Source of the DNA: a virus
IMG/VR virus record: IMGVR_UViG_3300027963_004416
Span: 32,001-96,000 of that record
Direction: 5' to 3' (one strand)
DNA: 64,000 nucleotides
This document shows positions 52,799 to 63,082 of the stretch, piece by piece. The first letter of the stretch is position 1. The number at the start of each line of letters is the position of its first letter. Below the pieces are notes generated by a model. That model saw only the letters and a list, made by a program, of their open reading frames with translations. It was not told the origin of the DNA and did not search any database. Position numbers and translations under genes: made by a program.

Positions 52799-54492
52799 GC
52801 AGATGCACTATGAGTGGTTCCAATATTAAGTGAACCACGAGAAGCGATAGGTGATGGAATGGGGGCTTGCATATCTGGAACTTTGCTGCCCCCTACTCCT
52901 TTGGTTTTTGACATATCAACATTATTAATTACCGGGGCAGTCTGCTTAGCCTCTACAGTTTTTTGCTTGACGTCTTGAGTCATTTCGGATATTTGCTGAC
53001 CTTTACCAGGGCGCGCTACTTCCAACTGCGGTGCACTAGCACTTTCCGGGGAAGGCGCTGCAGCGCTACCAGCATCCGCTAGTTTACTATCACTACTAAA
53101 CTCTGCAAAGTATTTTTCTCTTTCTTCAAGACCATTATATCCGCCATTGACTACTTTAGTCACTGCTTTAGTATCCCCCCAGTCTTTTATTCTTCGGGCA
53201 TTAAATGGTCTTTTTAAAAACCAGAGAGCTGATTCTGCTGCATATTTTGGATCAGATAACTTATCAGGATCTTCAACAAAATTATAGCCTAAATCTTTTG
53301 ATATAGCGGCATAATTACTTCTACCAGTTATCTGTAAGAATCCACGACCCTTATACTTGATACCATCACCAGGTTCAACGTTGCCTAAATCTTTTCTGCC
53401 TTCATAGGCCTGCCCGCTTGCAAGCTCTTCAGAATATTTAAATCCGCCCGACTCGTGAGCTGTTTGAGCTAAAATTTGCGCACGGGCTACAGGATTTGTT
53501 ATTCCTTCTTTAGAAATAGCAGAATTCATAGCTGATACGCCTGCATTAAACCCTGGTCCCTTTTTAGGTGAGCCTGGCTTAGCTGCCTTCTTTTCTTTAC
53601 CTTCGGCGGTTTTACCGGGCAGCTCTACTCCTGCCGAAGTAGTAGCTGCGGCAGCTGGTTTTTCTTCCGGGGTAGCAGCAGACCCGGAGGTTGCTTCTTT
53701 TCCTGCTTCTGGTTTAGCTGTTGGCTCCTTACCACCTTCATCTTTTTTGCCGCCTTCACCTTCCTTGCCGCCCTCTTTATCTTCTTTCATCTTATCTGTA
53801 GCATAATCTACTGCTACTGCACCAACGGTAAGAGCAGCTGCAGCTTTTCCTAGCTTGCCCATCTTACCAATACGTTTACCAATTTTGACCATACTGGTAA
53901 TCATATCAGTTATATTCTTAACGAACTTACCGCCTATAAAAAGTGCAAGTCCCCCGGCAGCAACTTTTATTGCTGTACCTAGGTTACCCATTTCATCTAC
54001 ATTTGTGCTAAGCTTATCAGTAAACCCACCAAACAGGGCATTTATTTTCTTCTGTACATCCTCTGGTAATACTGCATAAACTATACCAGCAAGAGCAGCC
54101 ATGAAAGCTGGATTAGAGAACAGTGAAGATGCCTCTTCTTTAATACTTGTTGGCTGCTCTGCTTGTGGAGTTTCAGGCTTACGGGCTTCTAACGTTTTTT
54201 CTTCTTGCTCATAAGCACCTTTTTGAGATCGACTTTTAATAGTATTATTAATATCTTTTAAAGATGAAGCGATAAGCTTCATACTCTCTGCCACTTTATC
54301 TAGACCAGAGAATGATAAAGGAGTCTTGGTAATAGTTTGATAAAATTCCGGGGCATTATCCCCTGCGTCGCTTTTTGATACGAATCTTCCACCCTTACCT
54401 CTATAGACGCCCCCTGAATGCATAAGATCATTTACCATCCCTAAATTCTGGACGGTCTCTTTACCTGCTTTAGTTTTAGTTTTATTATCCAT
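52795..54492 (-). CDS. Tail/baseplate-hub (tape-measure-like) protein with GH19 lysozyme-like domain
   Basis: AQILAQTAHESG, YKGRGFLQITGRSNY, VNGGYNGLEER; position in the tail module. Confidence 0.8.
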   Translation of the reverse strand: MDNKTKTKAGKETVQNLGMVNDLMHSGGVYRGKGGRFVSKSDAGDNAPEFYQTITKTPLSFSGLDKVAESMKLIASSLKDINNTIKSRSQKGAYEQEEKTLEARKPETPQAEQPTSIKEEASSLFSNPAFMAALAGIVYAVLPEDVQKKINALFGGFTDKLSTNVDEMGNLGTAIKVAAGGLALFIGGKFVKNITDMITSMVKIGKRIGKMGKLGKAAAALTVGAVAVDYATDKMKEDKEGGKEGEGGKKDEGGKEPTAKPEAGKEATSGSAATPEEKPAAAATTSAGVELPGKTAEGKEKKAAKPGSPKKGPGFNAGVSAMNSAISKEGITNPVARAQILAQTAHESGGFKYSEELASGQAYEGRKDLGNVEPGDGIKYKGRGFLQITGRSNYAAISKDLGYNFVEDPDKLSDPKYAAESALWFLKRPFNARRIKDWGDTKAVTKVVNGGYNGLEEREKYFAEFSSDSKLADAGSAAAPSPESASAPQLEVARPGKGQQISEMTQDVKQKTVEAKQTAPVINNVDMSKTKGVGGSKVPDMQAPIPSPIASRGSLNIGTTHSASA

Positions 54493-55830
54493 TTAGTTCA
54501 GAATGCAGAAAGTAGGTGCTGAAGTAGTTGACGGTAAGCCTTGCTTACCGGGCGAAGCCATAGTTATATTCTTACTATTATTAATATTAGTAATTGAAAC
54601 TTGTTGTACATTAGTCATCTCATCTTTAAAAGCAACATCCTCGGAAGACTGCGCGATAGGCTCTGCTGCAGAACTAGGGGTAGATGTTTCAAGAGTAGCT
54701 GAAGGGGAAGAAGACGACCCTGCTGATGCAGCTTTAGTAGGAGTAGCAGGTGCAGTAGAATTGCCAGCCGCGGCCGGCTTACCAGAAGCTGCTGCAGGCG
54801 CTGATGATTTTTTCCCTACCGCAGTAGCAGCAGCCGGGGCTGCACTTACACGTTGCTGCGTAGCAGCATTTGAAGGAGCTGCACTTTTTTTAGGCTCCGG
54901 CTTGACCTCTTTTTTACCTTCGTCATCATCGCCAGTAAACACATCATAGATGTCAGATCCTATTGACCATAAATCATATAAAATAAGACCTAGACTTAAT
55001 AAAGTACCTACGCCCGGTATAGCTTTAAGAAAATTTTTACCTAGACTAATTAATTTTGGAATAATTTTATCTTTTAATACTTTAAATTTTTTTAAGAAAC
55101 TAAATTTGCCAAGTTTTTTAGCTTCTTTCATATCCTTCTTAGCATCTTTTATACCGGACTTAGCTTTATCACTAGCTTTACCTAAACCCTCTTCTAGGTC
55201 TTTTTTTTCCTTTACAAATTTACCTTTTTCATCTCTAAGTCTACCTTGTTTATCTCTTAATTCCTTCTTTTCTGTGTCAATAGAAGAGGCTTGTTCATTG
55301 GTTGACTCGGCTACTAAACCTGTTACTCTTGCAAGCTCCATTATGGAATCAAATGCACCCTTAACTGATTGAAAGACTTTAAACCCGAAATATGTAATTA
55401 AGATTTTATCTAGGTTCTGCACAGCAAGTAACACTGCATCGACTATAGGTTTGGCCACACCTAAATTACTTAAGAACTTTTCAAAGAATCCCCCTACTAG
55501 CGCCTTAACTTTATCATTCATTAATAAAGGAATTAATAGTGCAAGTTTAGCAATACTTAGTCCCGCTTGAGCAGTTGATTCGCCTGCAGCTTTAATAGTA
55601 TCGCCAATACCTGGCTTTTGCTCCGGAGTTTGTTCTGGGGACGGGGCAGGAAATAAAAGTGAAATTATGTTCTCTTTAAGCTTCTTAAGTTCTATTTTTA
55701 TCACTGCAGAACTTTTTTCTATTACTTGAGCTGTAGAGTTAGCGTGCTGCTTTTCCTTAGCAGCACCCATGGTAATACTCTTCTTCATAGAAGCAATGTT
55801 TTTAACTGATGCTGCTTTACTATCTGCCAT
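54493..55830 (-). CDS. Tape-measure/hub-like (gp29-like) protein
   Basis: Helical with hydrophobic segments and Ala/Ser-rich linker; downstream of gp26/gp51. Confidence 0.6.
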   Translation of the reverse strand: MADSKAASVKNIASMKKSITMGAAKEKQHANSTAQVIEKSSAVIKIELKKLKENIISLLFPAPSPEQTPEQKPGIGDTIKAAGESTAQAGLSIAKLALLIPLLMNDKVKALVGGFFEKFLSNLGVAKPIVDAVLLAVQNLDKILITYFGFKVFQSVKGAFDSIMELARVTGLVAESTNEQASSIDTEKKELRDKQGRLRDEKGKFVKEKKDLEEGLGKASDKAKSGIKDAKKDMKEAKKLGKFSFLKKFKVLKDKIIPKLISLGKNFLKAIPGVGTLLSLGLILYDLWSIGSDIYDVFTGDDDEGKKEVKPEPKKSAAPSNAATQQRVSAAPAAATAVGKKSSAPAAASGKPAAAGNSTAPATPTKAASAGSSSSPSATLETSTPSSAAEPIAQSSEDVAFKDEMTNVQQVSITNINNSKNITMASPGKQGLPSTTSAPTFCILN

Positions 55831-56002
55831 TTGATTGCTGTCTTAACCTTTCCTGTTCTCTTTCTAAGTATTCTCTTAGCATATCAACATAAAGATCCCG
55901 CTCAAATGGTATTAAGTCTTCTATTTCAGTTATTGACCATTTATGATACTGAGCCAAGCTAAAAATTAACTGATAATAGTTAGCTAAGGTATTATGACTC
56001 AG
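55820..56002 (-). CDS. gp51: gp51-like baseplate hub assembly protein (no canonical start codon)
   Basis: LSHNTLANYYQLIFSLAQYHKWSITEIEDLIPFERDLYVDML; not in the ORF track. Confidence 0.8.
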   Translation of the reverse strand: MSHNTLANYYQLIFSLAQYHKWSITEIEDLIPFERDLYVDMLREYLEREQERLRQQSNGR

Positions 56003-56709
56003 CCCAGCGTAAAAAAATCACTCAAACTCGTTAGCTTAATTGTTCTTTCATTACCAAGACTATTAACATACTTTAGTTCATGATAAAGTCTTGGCATAGT
56101 ATTAAAAAACTCTTGAATTTTTTTAAATGTATTAACATCTAGTGATTGAATAAATTCTTCTAGTTCTTGCTCTGTTGAATCAACAGCACTAAACTCTTGA
56201 CCATCTAATATTACCTTATCCAGACAATAAGTAAGAATTTTAAAGAATACATCGTATTCTTCTTCAACTTCTAATAAAAGCTTTGCTAGATCAGATCTAG
56301 GATATCTCATAATTAAAGTAAGACTATCATCGGCTTTAATAGTTTTAGTATGTTCCGGATCTTCTTTAACTTCTATTTCGTCCAAGTTAATTTCAAACTC
56401 ATACCTCTTATTATCTTCAGTGTCTCTATATGCTAGTTCTATAATGTTATTAACTGATTTAGATCTTATCTTCAAGAAAATATACTCTAAATCAAATGTA
56501 GTAAAATCATCAACTGAGACTGTATCACTAATAATACAATTATTAAGTACTTGCTTAACTGCGTTAAGCACCTGGTTAGAATCTTCACTTGATTGTGCTA
56601 TTAAAAGAACCTTTTCTTCTTTAACTAGGAAAGGTCTAAATTTAAGCTTATCTTTTGTTGATGGTAATGTTAATTCAAATATAGGATGATTAATTTTAGG
56701 TAATGCCAT
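55999..56709 (-). CDS. gp26: Baseplate hub assembly protein gp26
   Basis: MALPKI..P, FRPFLVKEEKVLL, DLEYIFLKIRSKSV, FFNTMP. Confidence 0.9.
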   Translation of the reverse strand: MALPKINHPIFELTLPSTKDKLKFRPFLVKEEKVLLIAQSSEDSNQVLNAVKQVLNNCIISDTVSVDDFTTFDLEYIFLKIRSKSVNNIIELAYRDTEDNKRYEFEINLDEIEVKEDPEHTKTIKADDSLTLIMRYPRSDLAKLLLEVEEEYDVFFKILTYCLDKVILDGQEFSAVDSTEQELEEFIQSLDVNTFKKIQEFFNTMPRLYHELKYVNSLGNERTIKLTSLSDFFTLG

Positions 56710-56721
56710 TATAAACTCCAA

Positions 56722-57702
56722 TTAAAAATTATTAAGTCCAGAAGAAACAATTCTTGCGTTATTTACTACGTTAATAATATCTGCAACACCGGTGGGCTTT
56801 CTAGTTGATGCTAGTACTTGTACAGCAGATCCTACCTTCATTATTTGTTGTAGAAGACTGCTTTGTTTAGGAGTATTATCGAGCAGAGGTGCAACATTAA
56901 GCTCATCAAGCTTCCAGTTAGAGAAGGTGAAAGTAACTGGAAATCTAACAAAAGAATCATTTTCTGCCCAGCTTAATTGTACGTCACCGAGGAAGATTGG
57001 ATATGCATCCATAAGTGTAAGTGTGTTAATTTTTCTATTAGTTTCATCTATCATCACTATCTGGATATCGACAGTATAAAGAGGTCCAAGCTCGTCTCTT
57101 TTATATTCTACTTGAAATGGGCTAAGTTCATAGCTTACAGTATTATCGCGATGGCGTCCATCATATCTAACTATACTGTTCATCCACCTGTAAAAGAATT
57201 TGTGAATTTTACCAGTATTATCACCTATAAACGTAAATGACTGATCTGTGAAGGTAGGCAGGTAAGGTTTTTTCTCTGCCACACCGTAACCATATCTTCT
57301 TATTTCAGTAGTATTTAATGATACACCAGGTAGGCTACACGATTCACATAGCAATCCTATTTCCCTCATTTCTGTACCACCGCCTGTAGCGTCCAGGCTT
57401 ACTTCATTTCTACCAGTACCTACATTAGTAGAGGCATTTCTAATACGCGACAATTTTCGAGGCATAGGAATGTTTACATAGAAATGACTCGTTCGCTGAA
57501 CACCTCTTAATCTATTAAGATTTGCAATGAAGTTTGAAACATTTTTTGGATTATCACCTGAAGGGGTCTTACTATCAATGCCAAATAACTTCTCTAAAGG
57601 TCCTTTTATAGAGGGCGGCAAAAAGTCCTTTACAACATTAACGGTACCAGCAATATCTCTGCCTCTTGATAGTACACCATTAACCTGTTCTGAAATTGTC
57701 AT
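56722..57702 (-). CDS. gp54: gp54-like baseplate-tail tube initiator (gp19 fold)
   Basis: CESCSLPG, FFYRWM, LMDAYPI, FPVTFTF; gene order. Confidence 0.7.
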   Translation of the reverse strand: MTISEQVNGVLSRGRDIAGTVNVVKDFLPPSIKGPLEKLFGIDSKTPSGDNPKNVSNFIANLNRLRGVQRTSHFYVNIPMPRKLSRIRNASTNVGTGRNEVSLDATGGGTEMREIGLLCESCSLPGVSLNTTEIRRYGYGVAEKKPYLPTFTDQSFTFIGDNTGKIHKFFYRWMNSIVRYDGRHRDNTVSYELSPFQVEYKRDELGPLYTVDIQIVMIDETNRKINTLTLMDAYPIFLGDVQLSWAENDSFVRFPVTFTFSNWKLDELNVAPLLDNTPKQSSLLQQIMKVGSAVQVLASTRKPTGVADIINVVNNARIVSSGLNNF

Positions 57703-58298
57703 TATCGTCTCTTAATTATATTTTTTGAGTCTCTATAGACATTAGTTACATTAGTATTAAATCTTTGAAGTGGTAGAAATAATGCAATGTTCCACTCATC
57801 AGGGGATATGTAAATAAATCTAGACTTGATATGTTTATTTAGATAGTGCTTGACACAAGGCGCAAAATATTTAAGTTTAGAGGTTCTATCGAGTATAGAA
57901 TATGATATCCTTAACCTTGTCGTTTCATTCATTTTATCGTTATTCAACAACGGATATAGGTTATCCATTAGAATTGCTCTGTAAGGATAAGGAAGGTAAT
58001 GAAGGTTTAGTCCTAAAAATCCATCCTTAACTTTCTTAAACGGAAATATTAGCGGGTATCTGTCATAATAAGGTAAAGTATCTTTATGTTTTGCATCATA
58101 GTTAAATAGATACATTTGACCTGTCAAAACAGCCGTTCGTCCGCGATCAGAATTTAATTTAATTAATCTGCTAGGATCAGTTGTCTTCTCTTCCGCAGCT
58201 CTAGATCTAAGCCAGGTGCTTGCATCGACGATGTTTTTAGGGTCGATTCCGCTTATACTTGCATCTCTTAAGATGTTTGAAAAAACTGTACCTTTCAA
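57702..58298 (-). CDS. gp2: DNA end protector gp2
   Basis: YDAKHKDTLPYYDRYPL, GLNLHYLP, CVKHYL. Confidence 0.93.
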   Translation of the reverse strand: MKGTVFSNILRDASISGIDPKNIVDASTWLRSRAAEEKTTDPSRLIKLNSDRGRTAVLTGQMYLFNYDAKHKDTLPYYDRYPLIFPFKKVKDGFLGLNLHYLPYPYRAILMDNLYPLLNNDKMNETTRLRISYSILDRTSKLKYFAPCVKHYLNKHIKSRFIYISPDEWNIALFLPLQRFNTNVTNVYRDSKNIIKRR

Positions 58299-58738
58299 TT
58301 TTTTATACCTAGCTCTTTTTCTGTTAGTTTAACAAACTTCCACTTTCTATCTTCGCAGAAAGCAGTAGCAGCTTTCCATTTAGCTTCATTAATACCGTAA
58401 GTAACTACTTCCCGTATATACCTTCTTGACTTATTGTTCTTTTTTACTTCAGGGGGCCTTGTCTGTGATGCAGGTTTTATTTCTATAACTAAAACCTCTA
58501 TAGTACCATCCATATTTTTCTTCTTCACATAAAAGTCAGGAAAATAGCGATGAATTTTATTATCTACTGGTGATCTATACGGTATGCAGAACTCTTCGCT
58601 AGCCCATTCTATAATGTTAGGGTGCTTATCTAAATAAAGCATAAACTTTAGCTCGTAAGAACTACGATAAATAATATTAGTAGGATCACCTCTGTACTTC
58701 TCTGGGTGCACGGGCTTAAAATAACCTTTATAACTCAT
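58295..58738 (-). CDS. gp4: Head completion nuclease gp4
   Basis: KYRGDPTNIIYRSSYE, WASEE, HRYFPDF, EIKP, NEAKWKAA. Confidence 0.93.
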   Translation of the reverse strand: MSYKGYFKPVHPEKYRGDPTNIIYRSSYELKFMLYLDKHPNIIEWASEEFCIPYRSPVDNKIHRYFPDFYVKKKNMDGTIEVLVIEIKPASQTRPPEVKKNNKSRRYIREVVTYGINEAKWKAATAFCEDRKWKFVKLTEKELGIKN

Positions 58739-58748
58739 AAGAGTATTT

Positions 58749-59963
58749 ATGGCAGATATCGACACAAACAATTATGTACAGAATGGAAACTTCTACGATC
58801 AGTTCAGGTCAAACGGTGGCCAGTCTACACCCGGGTCTATTGAGTCTTTCAACGGTGATGTTAACAAAGCGTTAAGTACGGTATCAGGTGGTTTTTCTCT
58901 TAGCGGGCTTACTAGTAAGATTTCATCTATTGGTTCAGTTGATACTGTGAATAAATTTCTGTCAGTCTCTAAATTTAAAGATACATTTGGCTCGCCACCT
59001 GCAATACCTGGCCCTACGCCTGATGAAGTTACAAGCAAGTCTGTCAAACCACCATCGGAACTAGTTTATCCAGAAGATCTAGCTGATTATTTTATTACCT
59101 TCAAGTTCTTTGAGCGCTATCAAAAAAGCCCCATACAGCCGGTTGTTACATTGCCTGAGGTTAATATATCTCTTCCATTACCAGCTAATTTAAAAGAAAA
59201 TTTTCAGGCAACATACTCGGAGAAGCAGTTAGGTATATTTGGTATATTAGAAGAAGCAGGTATGCTTAATCCAGAGACCGCCGGTGAATTGTTTAGCGGC
59301 AGCAATACTAAAGAAGCAATATCTAGTTTTTCAGATAAAGGTGGCGCACTCGCCGATGTACTTACTAAGGGTGGAAATAAAACACAAAATTCTATTCTAG
59401 CTGTCAGGGGTCTTATATCAGGCACTGAAGCCGGGGCAGCTCTAGACCGGGCTACAGGTGCAGTATTTAACCCACATCAGGCTCTGCAGTTTGAAGGTGT
59501 CACTTTAAGAAAGCATAGCTTTAGTTTTAGATTATCACCGTCAAGTGAAAAAGAATCGAGAAAATTAAAGGCCATTTTACTACAGCTTAAAAAGAGAATG
59601 CTACCTGAAAAGACAGGTTTAGCATTAAGGTTTCCTAATCAATGCTCCATAACTATTACTACACCTGCCGGGGAATTTGCAGGGGATAAGCCCTCAATGG
59701 GAGGTTATGATTCATACATTATAATAAAAAAATGTTACCTAGAATCTATGTCAATTAACTATGCACCTGCAGGTGTACCATCATTCTTCTCAGGCGGTAG
59801 GCACCCAACAGAAATAGAAGTAGAACTTAATTTTGGTGAGATTGAGCCTGTAGTTCAAAATGACTTTACCGGTGCGTCCGGTCCCGCTCTCTCTTCCAAA
59901 GAAATAAGTGATATAAGAACTGCATCCACAACGAGCCCTACAAATAACAATACAAGCAAATGA
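58749..59963 (+). CDS. gp48: gp48-like baseplate tail-tube cap
   Basis: NPHQALQFEGVTLRKHSFSF.LSP.SEKES, CYLESMSINY, LNFGEIE. Confidence 0.8.
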   Translation: MADIDTNNYVQNGNFYDQFRSNGGQSTPGSIESFNGDVNKALSTVSGGFSLSGLTSKISSIGSVDTVNKFLSVSKFKDTFGSPPAIPGPTPDEVTSKSVKPPSELVYPEDLADYFITFKFFERYQKSPIQPVVTLPEVNISLPLPANLKENFQATYSEKQLGIFGILEEAGMLNPETAGELFSGSNTKEAISSFSDKGGALADVLTKGGNKTQNSILAVRGLISGTEAGAALDRATGAVFNPHQALQFEGVTLRKHSFSFRLSPSSEKESRKLKAILLQLKKRMLPEKTGLALRFPNQCSITITTPAGEFAGDKPSMGGYDSYIIIKKCYLESMSINYAPAGVPSFFSGGRHPTEIEVELNFGEIEPVVQNDFTGASGPALSSKEISDIRTASTTSPTNNNTSK

Positions 59964-60835
59964 TTAATTTATTCGATAAATTTCCTAAAGTATCTTATGG
60001 CAATAATATTGCAATTAATATACTTACTTCAATAAAATTTAATGATATTGCAAAGAGAAATAATTTTGTCTTCTATCCCTACGTAGTTCAAGAAGGGGAG
60101 AGAGCAGATATAATATCTGCAAATTATTACGATGATGCAAAATATTCTTGGGTAATATATGCCGCCAATGATATTATAGATCCCTTTTATGATTGGCCGT
60201 TAAGTGAGAATGATTTTAAAACGTTTATTATTAAGAAGTATAGTTCTGCACAAGCAGCTATAGAAAAAATAGTATACTATACAACAAATTGGGAAGATGA
60301 TGATAGCATGCTATCTACGTCAGCATATCAAGCACTACCTGCAAGTCTAAAAAAATACTGGCAACCAATTGCAGGTATCAACAACAATATAGTTTCCTAT
60401 GAAAGAAAACCGCTTTCATTAATTAAAGAAACTAACAAAACGATTTATATTAATGTTGGTAATTCTAGTATTTTTAAATTAGAAGATAAAATACTTCAAT
60501 CAAACAGTACTTTAATAAGCACCGGCTTCGTCAAGAGTATCTCAGGTAATACAATATCGGTTCAACATATAGAAGGTTTATTTAATTCAACGTCAAATGT
60601 ATCTCTTTTCACAGACATAAACTCTAATACATCTGTTAGTGAGGTGATTAATTACATTGAAGATAGCTCTGGTAATTATATTAATTTAAATATACCAGAT
60701 AACGAGCTTGTTTACTGGAAACAAGTTAGTGCATATGATAGTGAAATAGAATTTAATAACTCAAAAAAAACTATTAAACTGCTTGATAAAGTATACCTTG
60801 ATCAAGTAGAAAAAGAACTTAAAGAGCTGCTGTAA
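59960..60835 (+). CDS. gp53: Baseplate wedge gp53
   Basis: FDKFPKVSY, GERADIIS..YY....WVI..ANDIIDP..DWP. Confidence 0.88.
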   Translation: MINLFDKFPKVSYGNNIAINILTSIKFNDIAKRNNFVFYPYVVQEGERADIISANYYDDAKYSWVIYAANDIIDPFYDWPLSENDFKTFIIKKYSSAQAAIEKIVYYTTNWEDDDSMLSTSAYQALPASLKKYWQPIAGINNNIVSYERKPLSLIKETNKTIYINVGNSSIFKLEDKILQSNSTLISTGFVKSISGNTISVQHIEGLFNSTSNVSLFTDINSNTSVSEVINYIEDSSGNYINLNIPDNELVYWKQVSAYDSEIEFNNSKKTIKLLDKVYLDQVEKELKELL

Positions 60836-62085
60836 TGGAGAAGTTTGATCTAGGCGACGTAAAGATACTGTCAGTAAAAATAATTCACTTCGACGGTACT
60901 ACTACTGTTGATATAAGGCAGCAGATAGGGTCAATTTCAATCTATGAAGATCTTCAACAACCTACAGTATATGCAGAAATTTTAGTAAATGATGCAGTAA
61001 ATCTAGTAAAAGACTTTCCAATAATAGGCAACGAAACTATTGAAATAAGTTTTAAAACTCCTACTAGAGATGATTTTGCAACTTATAAACTTAAAGTATA
61101 TACGGTTGAAGGTCAAGGTACAAGAAACTCCGGGCAAGCCACCGCCTACGTGCTGAAGGCAGTATCAGAAGAGCATTTTAAAAATACAGATTTTAATATT
61201 ACATCATCATATAAAGATACTATCGACAATATGGTATATGATATGATAAAGAATCAACTAAAAACAGATAAGCCGCTCTTTATAGAAAAAACGAGAGGTC
61301 TTAATTCTATATCATTTGCACGCGACACTCCCTTTGCATGTATTGATCTTCTTAGAAAAAGAGCTATTAACTTTACTCCATTTGGTGGTGTGTTTTACTT
61401 TTTTGAAAATCAATATGGGTTTCATTTTAAGTCGGTAGATAAGATGATTGAAGAAGGTAAAAAGACTATTCAATCTAAAGAGTTCTATTATGAGCCTACA
61501 GTCAGCACAGATAAAATTAGATCAGCTTATCAATTTAGAAACTTAATTAGGTTTGAGCATTTAAAAAAAGCAGATACAGCTTTAGATCAGATATCCGGGA
61601 TGTTTAGTAATAAAGTCTCTTCTTTTGATATTTTCACTAAAAGCTTTTCAGAAACTAAGTTTAATTTAAGTGAGCAGAAAAGAAATATAACAACTGGCCA
61701 GCAAGGAAAAACTGAACTACCATATGATGCAAAATTTATGAACAATAAAAGTAATGCAAATCAGCTTAATTTGTTTGTACCCTCAGATACAGAGAGAGGT
61801 AATGACTATATTAAAGACTTACTAGGACATAAGCATTCGCTTTTGCAAATACTTAATTTAAACATAGTTAGAGGTATGATTTACGGCGATAATATTATAT
61901 GTGTAGGAGATATGATTAAGCTTAATTTACCTGACACTTCAAGCTTTAATGAAAAAGAAAAATATGACTCTAGATTTTCAGGTAACTACATTATTCAGAA
62001 ATTAAGGCATTTAATAATACCGGAAGATAATAGATTTAAATATTACATTGCATTTGATGCTAACAAAATAGGAATTACAGGATGA
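60835..62085 (+). CDS. Baseplate hub protein (gp27-like)
   Basis: FYFFEN..GFHFKS, SGNYII..LRH; lies between gp53 and gp5. Confidence 0.65.
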   Translation: MEKFDLGDVKILSVKIIHFDGTTTVDIRQQIGSISIYEDLQQPTVYAEILVNDAVNLVKDFPIIGNETIEISFKTPTRDDFATYKLKVYTVEGQGTRNSGQATAYVLKAVSEEHFKNTDFNITSSYKDTIDNMVYDMIKNQLKTDKPLFIEKTRGLNSISFARDTPFACIDLLRKRAINFTPFGGVFYFFENQYGFHFKSVDKMIEEGKKTIQSKEFYYEPTVSTDKIRSAYQFRNLIRFEHLKKADTALDQISGMFSNKVSSFDIFTKSFSETKFNLSEQKRNITTGQQGKTELPYDAKFMNNKSNANQLNLFVPSDTERGNDYIKDLLGHKHSLLQILNLNIVRGMIYGDNIICVGDMIKLNLPDTSSFNEKEKYDSRFSGNYIIQKLRHLIIPEDNRFKYYIAFDANKIGITG

Positions 62086-62786
62086 CATCGCGACTATTAG
62101 GGCAAGAAGGATTTAGATGGTTTATAGGGGTAGTAGAGGATAGAGAGGACCCTAAAAAATTAGGAAGAGTAAAGGTAAGAGCTTTAAATACATATTCTGA
62201 CAGTAAAGCATCTGCTCCTACTGAATCCCTGCCTTGGGCTACAGTAATGCAACCTGTAAACAGCGCTGCTTATAACAAAATAGGTATTTCACCTACTGGT
62301 ATATTAGTAGGTTCAACAGTTGTAGGGTTTTTCATGGATGTTAATGAATGCAATTATCCAGTTATTCTAGGGACTATTGCAGGTATACCTGGCAATGATA
62401 TTAACAATCATGATGTACCTTATGAGGCAAGAGAAATAAATAAAATTATTAAGTCGCCAATAGGACCTGAGCCTGAATCTCCTTACGGTACCAAATATCC
62501 ATATAATAAAGTAATTAGAACAGAGAGCGGCCATGTAATAGAAGTTGATGATACTCCAGACAACGAAAGAATCCACATATATCATAAATCCGGCACCTAT
62601 TCAGAAATTAACAATGAAGGTAGAAAGACAGATAAAGTCGTTGGAGATCATATAGAAGTAGTACTAAAAGATAATACGGTGCTGGTAAAGGGGAATGTTA
62701 ATATACTAGTAGAAGGCACTTATACAGTAGAATCTAAAGGTAATATGAAGTTTATAGCCCCTAGAATAGACTTAAATCCTAACTAA
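62082..62786 (+). CDS. gp5: gp5-like central spike (OB-fold and beta-helix, no lysozyme domain)
   Basis: WFIGVVEDREDP..LGRVKVR, LPWA, YPYNKV..TESGH..E.DDTP..ERI. Confidence 0.9.
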   Translation: MTSRLLGQEGFRWFIGVVEDREDPKKLGRVKVRALNTYSDSKASAPTESLPWATVMQPVNSAAYNKIGISPTGILVGSTVVGFFMDVNECNYPVILGTIAGIPGNDINNHDVPYEAREINKIIKSPIGPEPESPYGTKYPYNKVIRTESGHVIEVDDTPDNERIHIYHKSGTYSEINNEGRKTDKVVGDHIEVVLKDNTVLVKGNVNILVEGTYTVESKGNMKFIAPRIDLNPN

Positions 62787-62787
62787 T

Positions 62788-63081
62788 ATGACTAATCCGG
62801 TTCATCGAGATACAGACTCAAGAGTGTGTGGAGCTACTACTACGAGTCAGCAAGGTAAGCAGGTATATGTCAATAATCTCCTATGGGCTATAGACGGGGA
62901 CCCTAATTCACACGGAGGAGGGTCTTTAATAGCTGCTACTAATAGTGTCTATATTGGAGGAGTTGCAGTTGTTAATACCGGTGATCATGCATCTGCCGAC
63001 TCTCTTTGCGTCCCAGTAGGGCCCCCGCATTGTGATCCTGTAGCTTCACAAGGGTCATTAAACGTATTTGTAGGAGATTAA
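62788..63081 (+). CDS. PAAR-like spike tip (gp5.4-like)
   Basis: HRDTD..CGA..., HGGG, HC.P.ASQGS.NVFVG. Confidence 0.8.
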   Translation: MTNPVHRDTDSRVCGATTTSQQGKQVYVNNLLWAIDGDPNSHGGGSLIAATNSVYIGGVAVVNTGDHASADSLCVPVGPPHCDPVASQGSLNVFVGD

Positions 63082-63082
63082 A

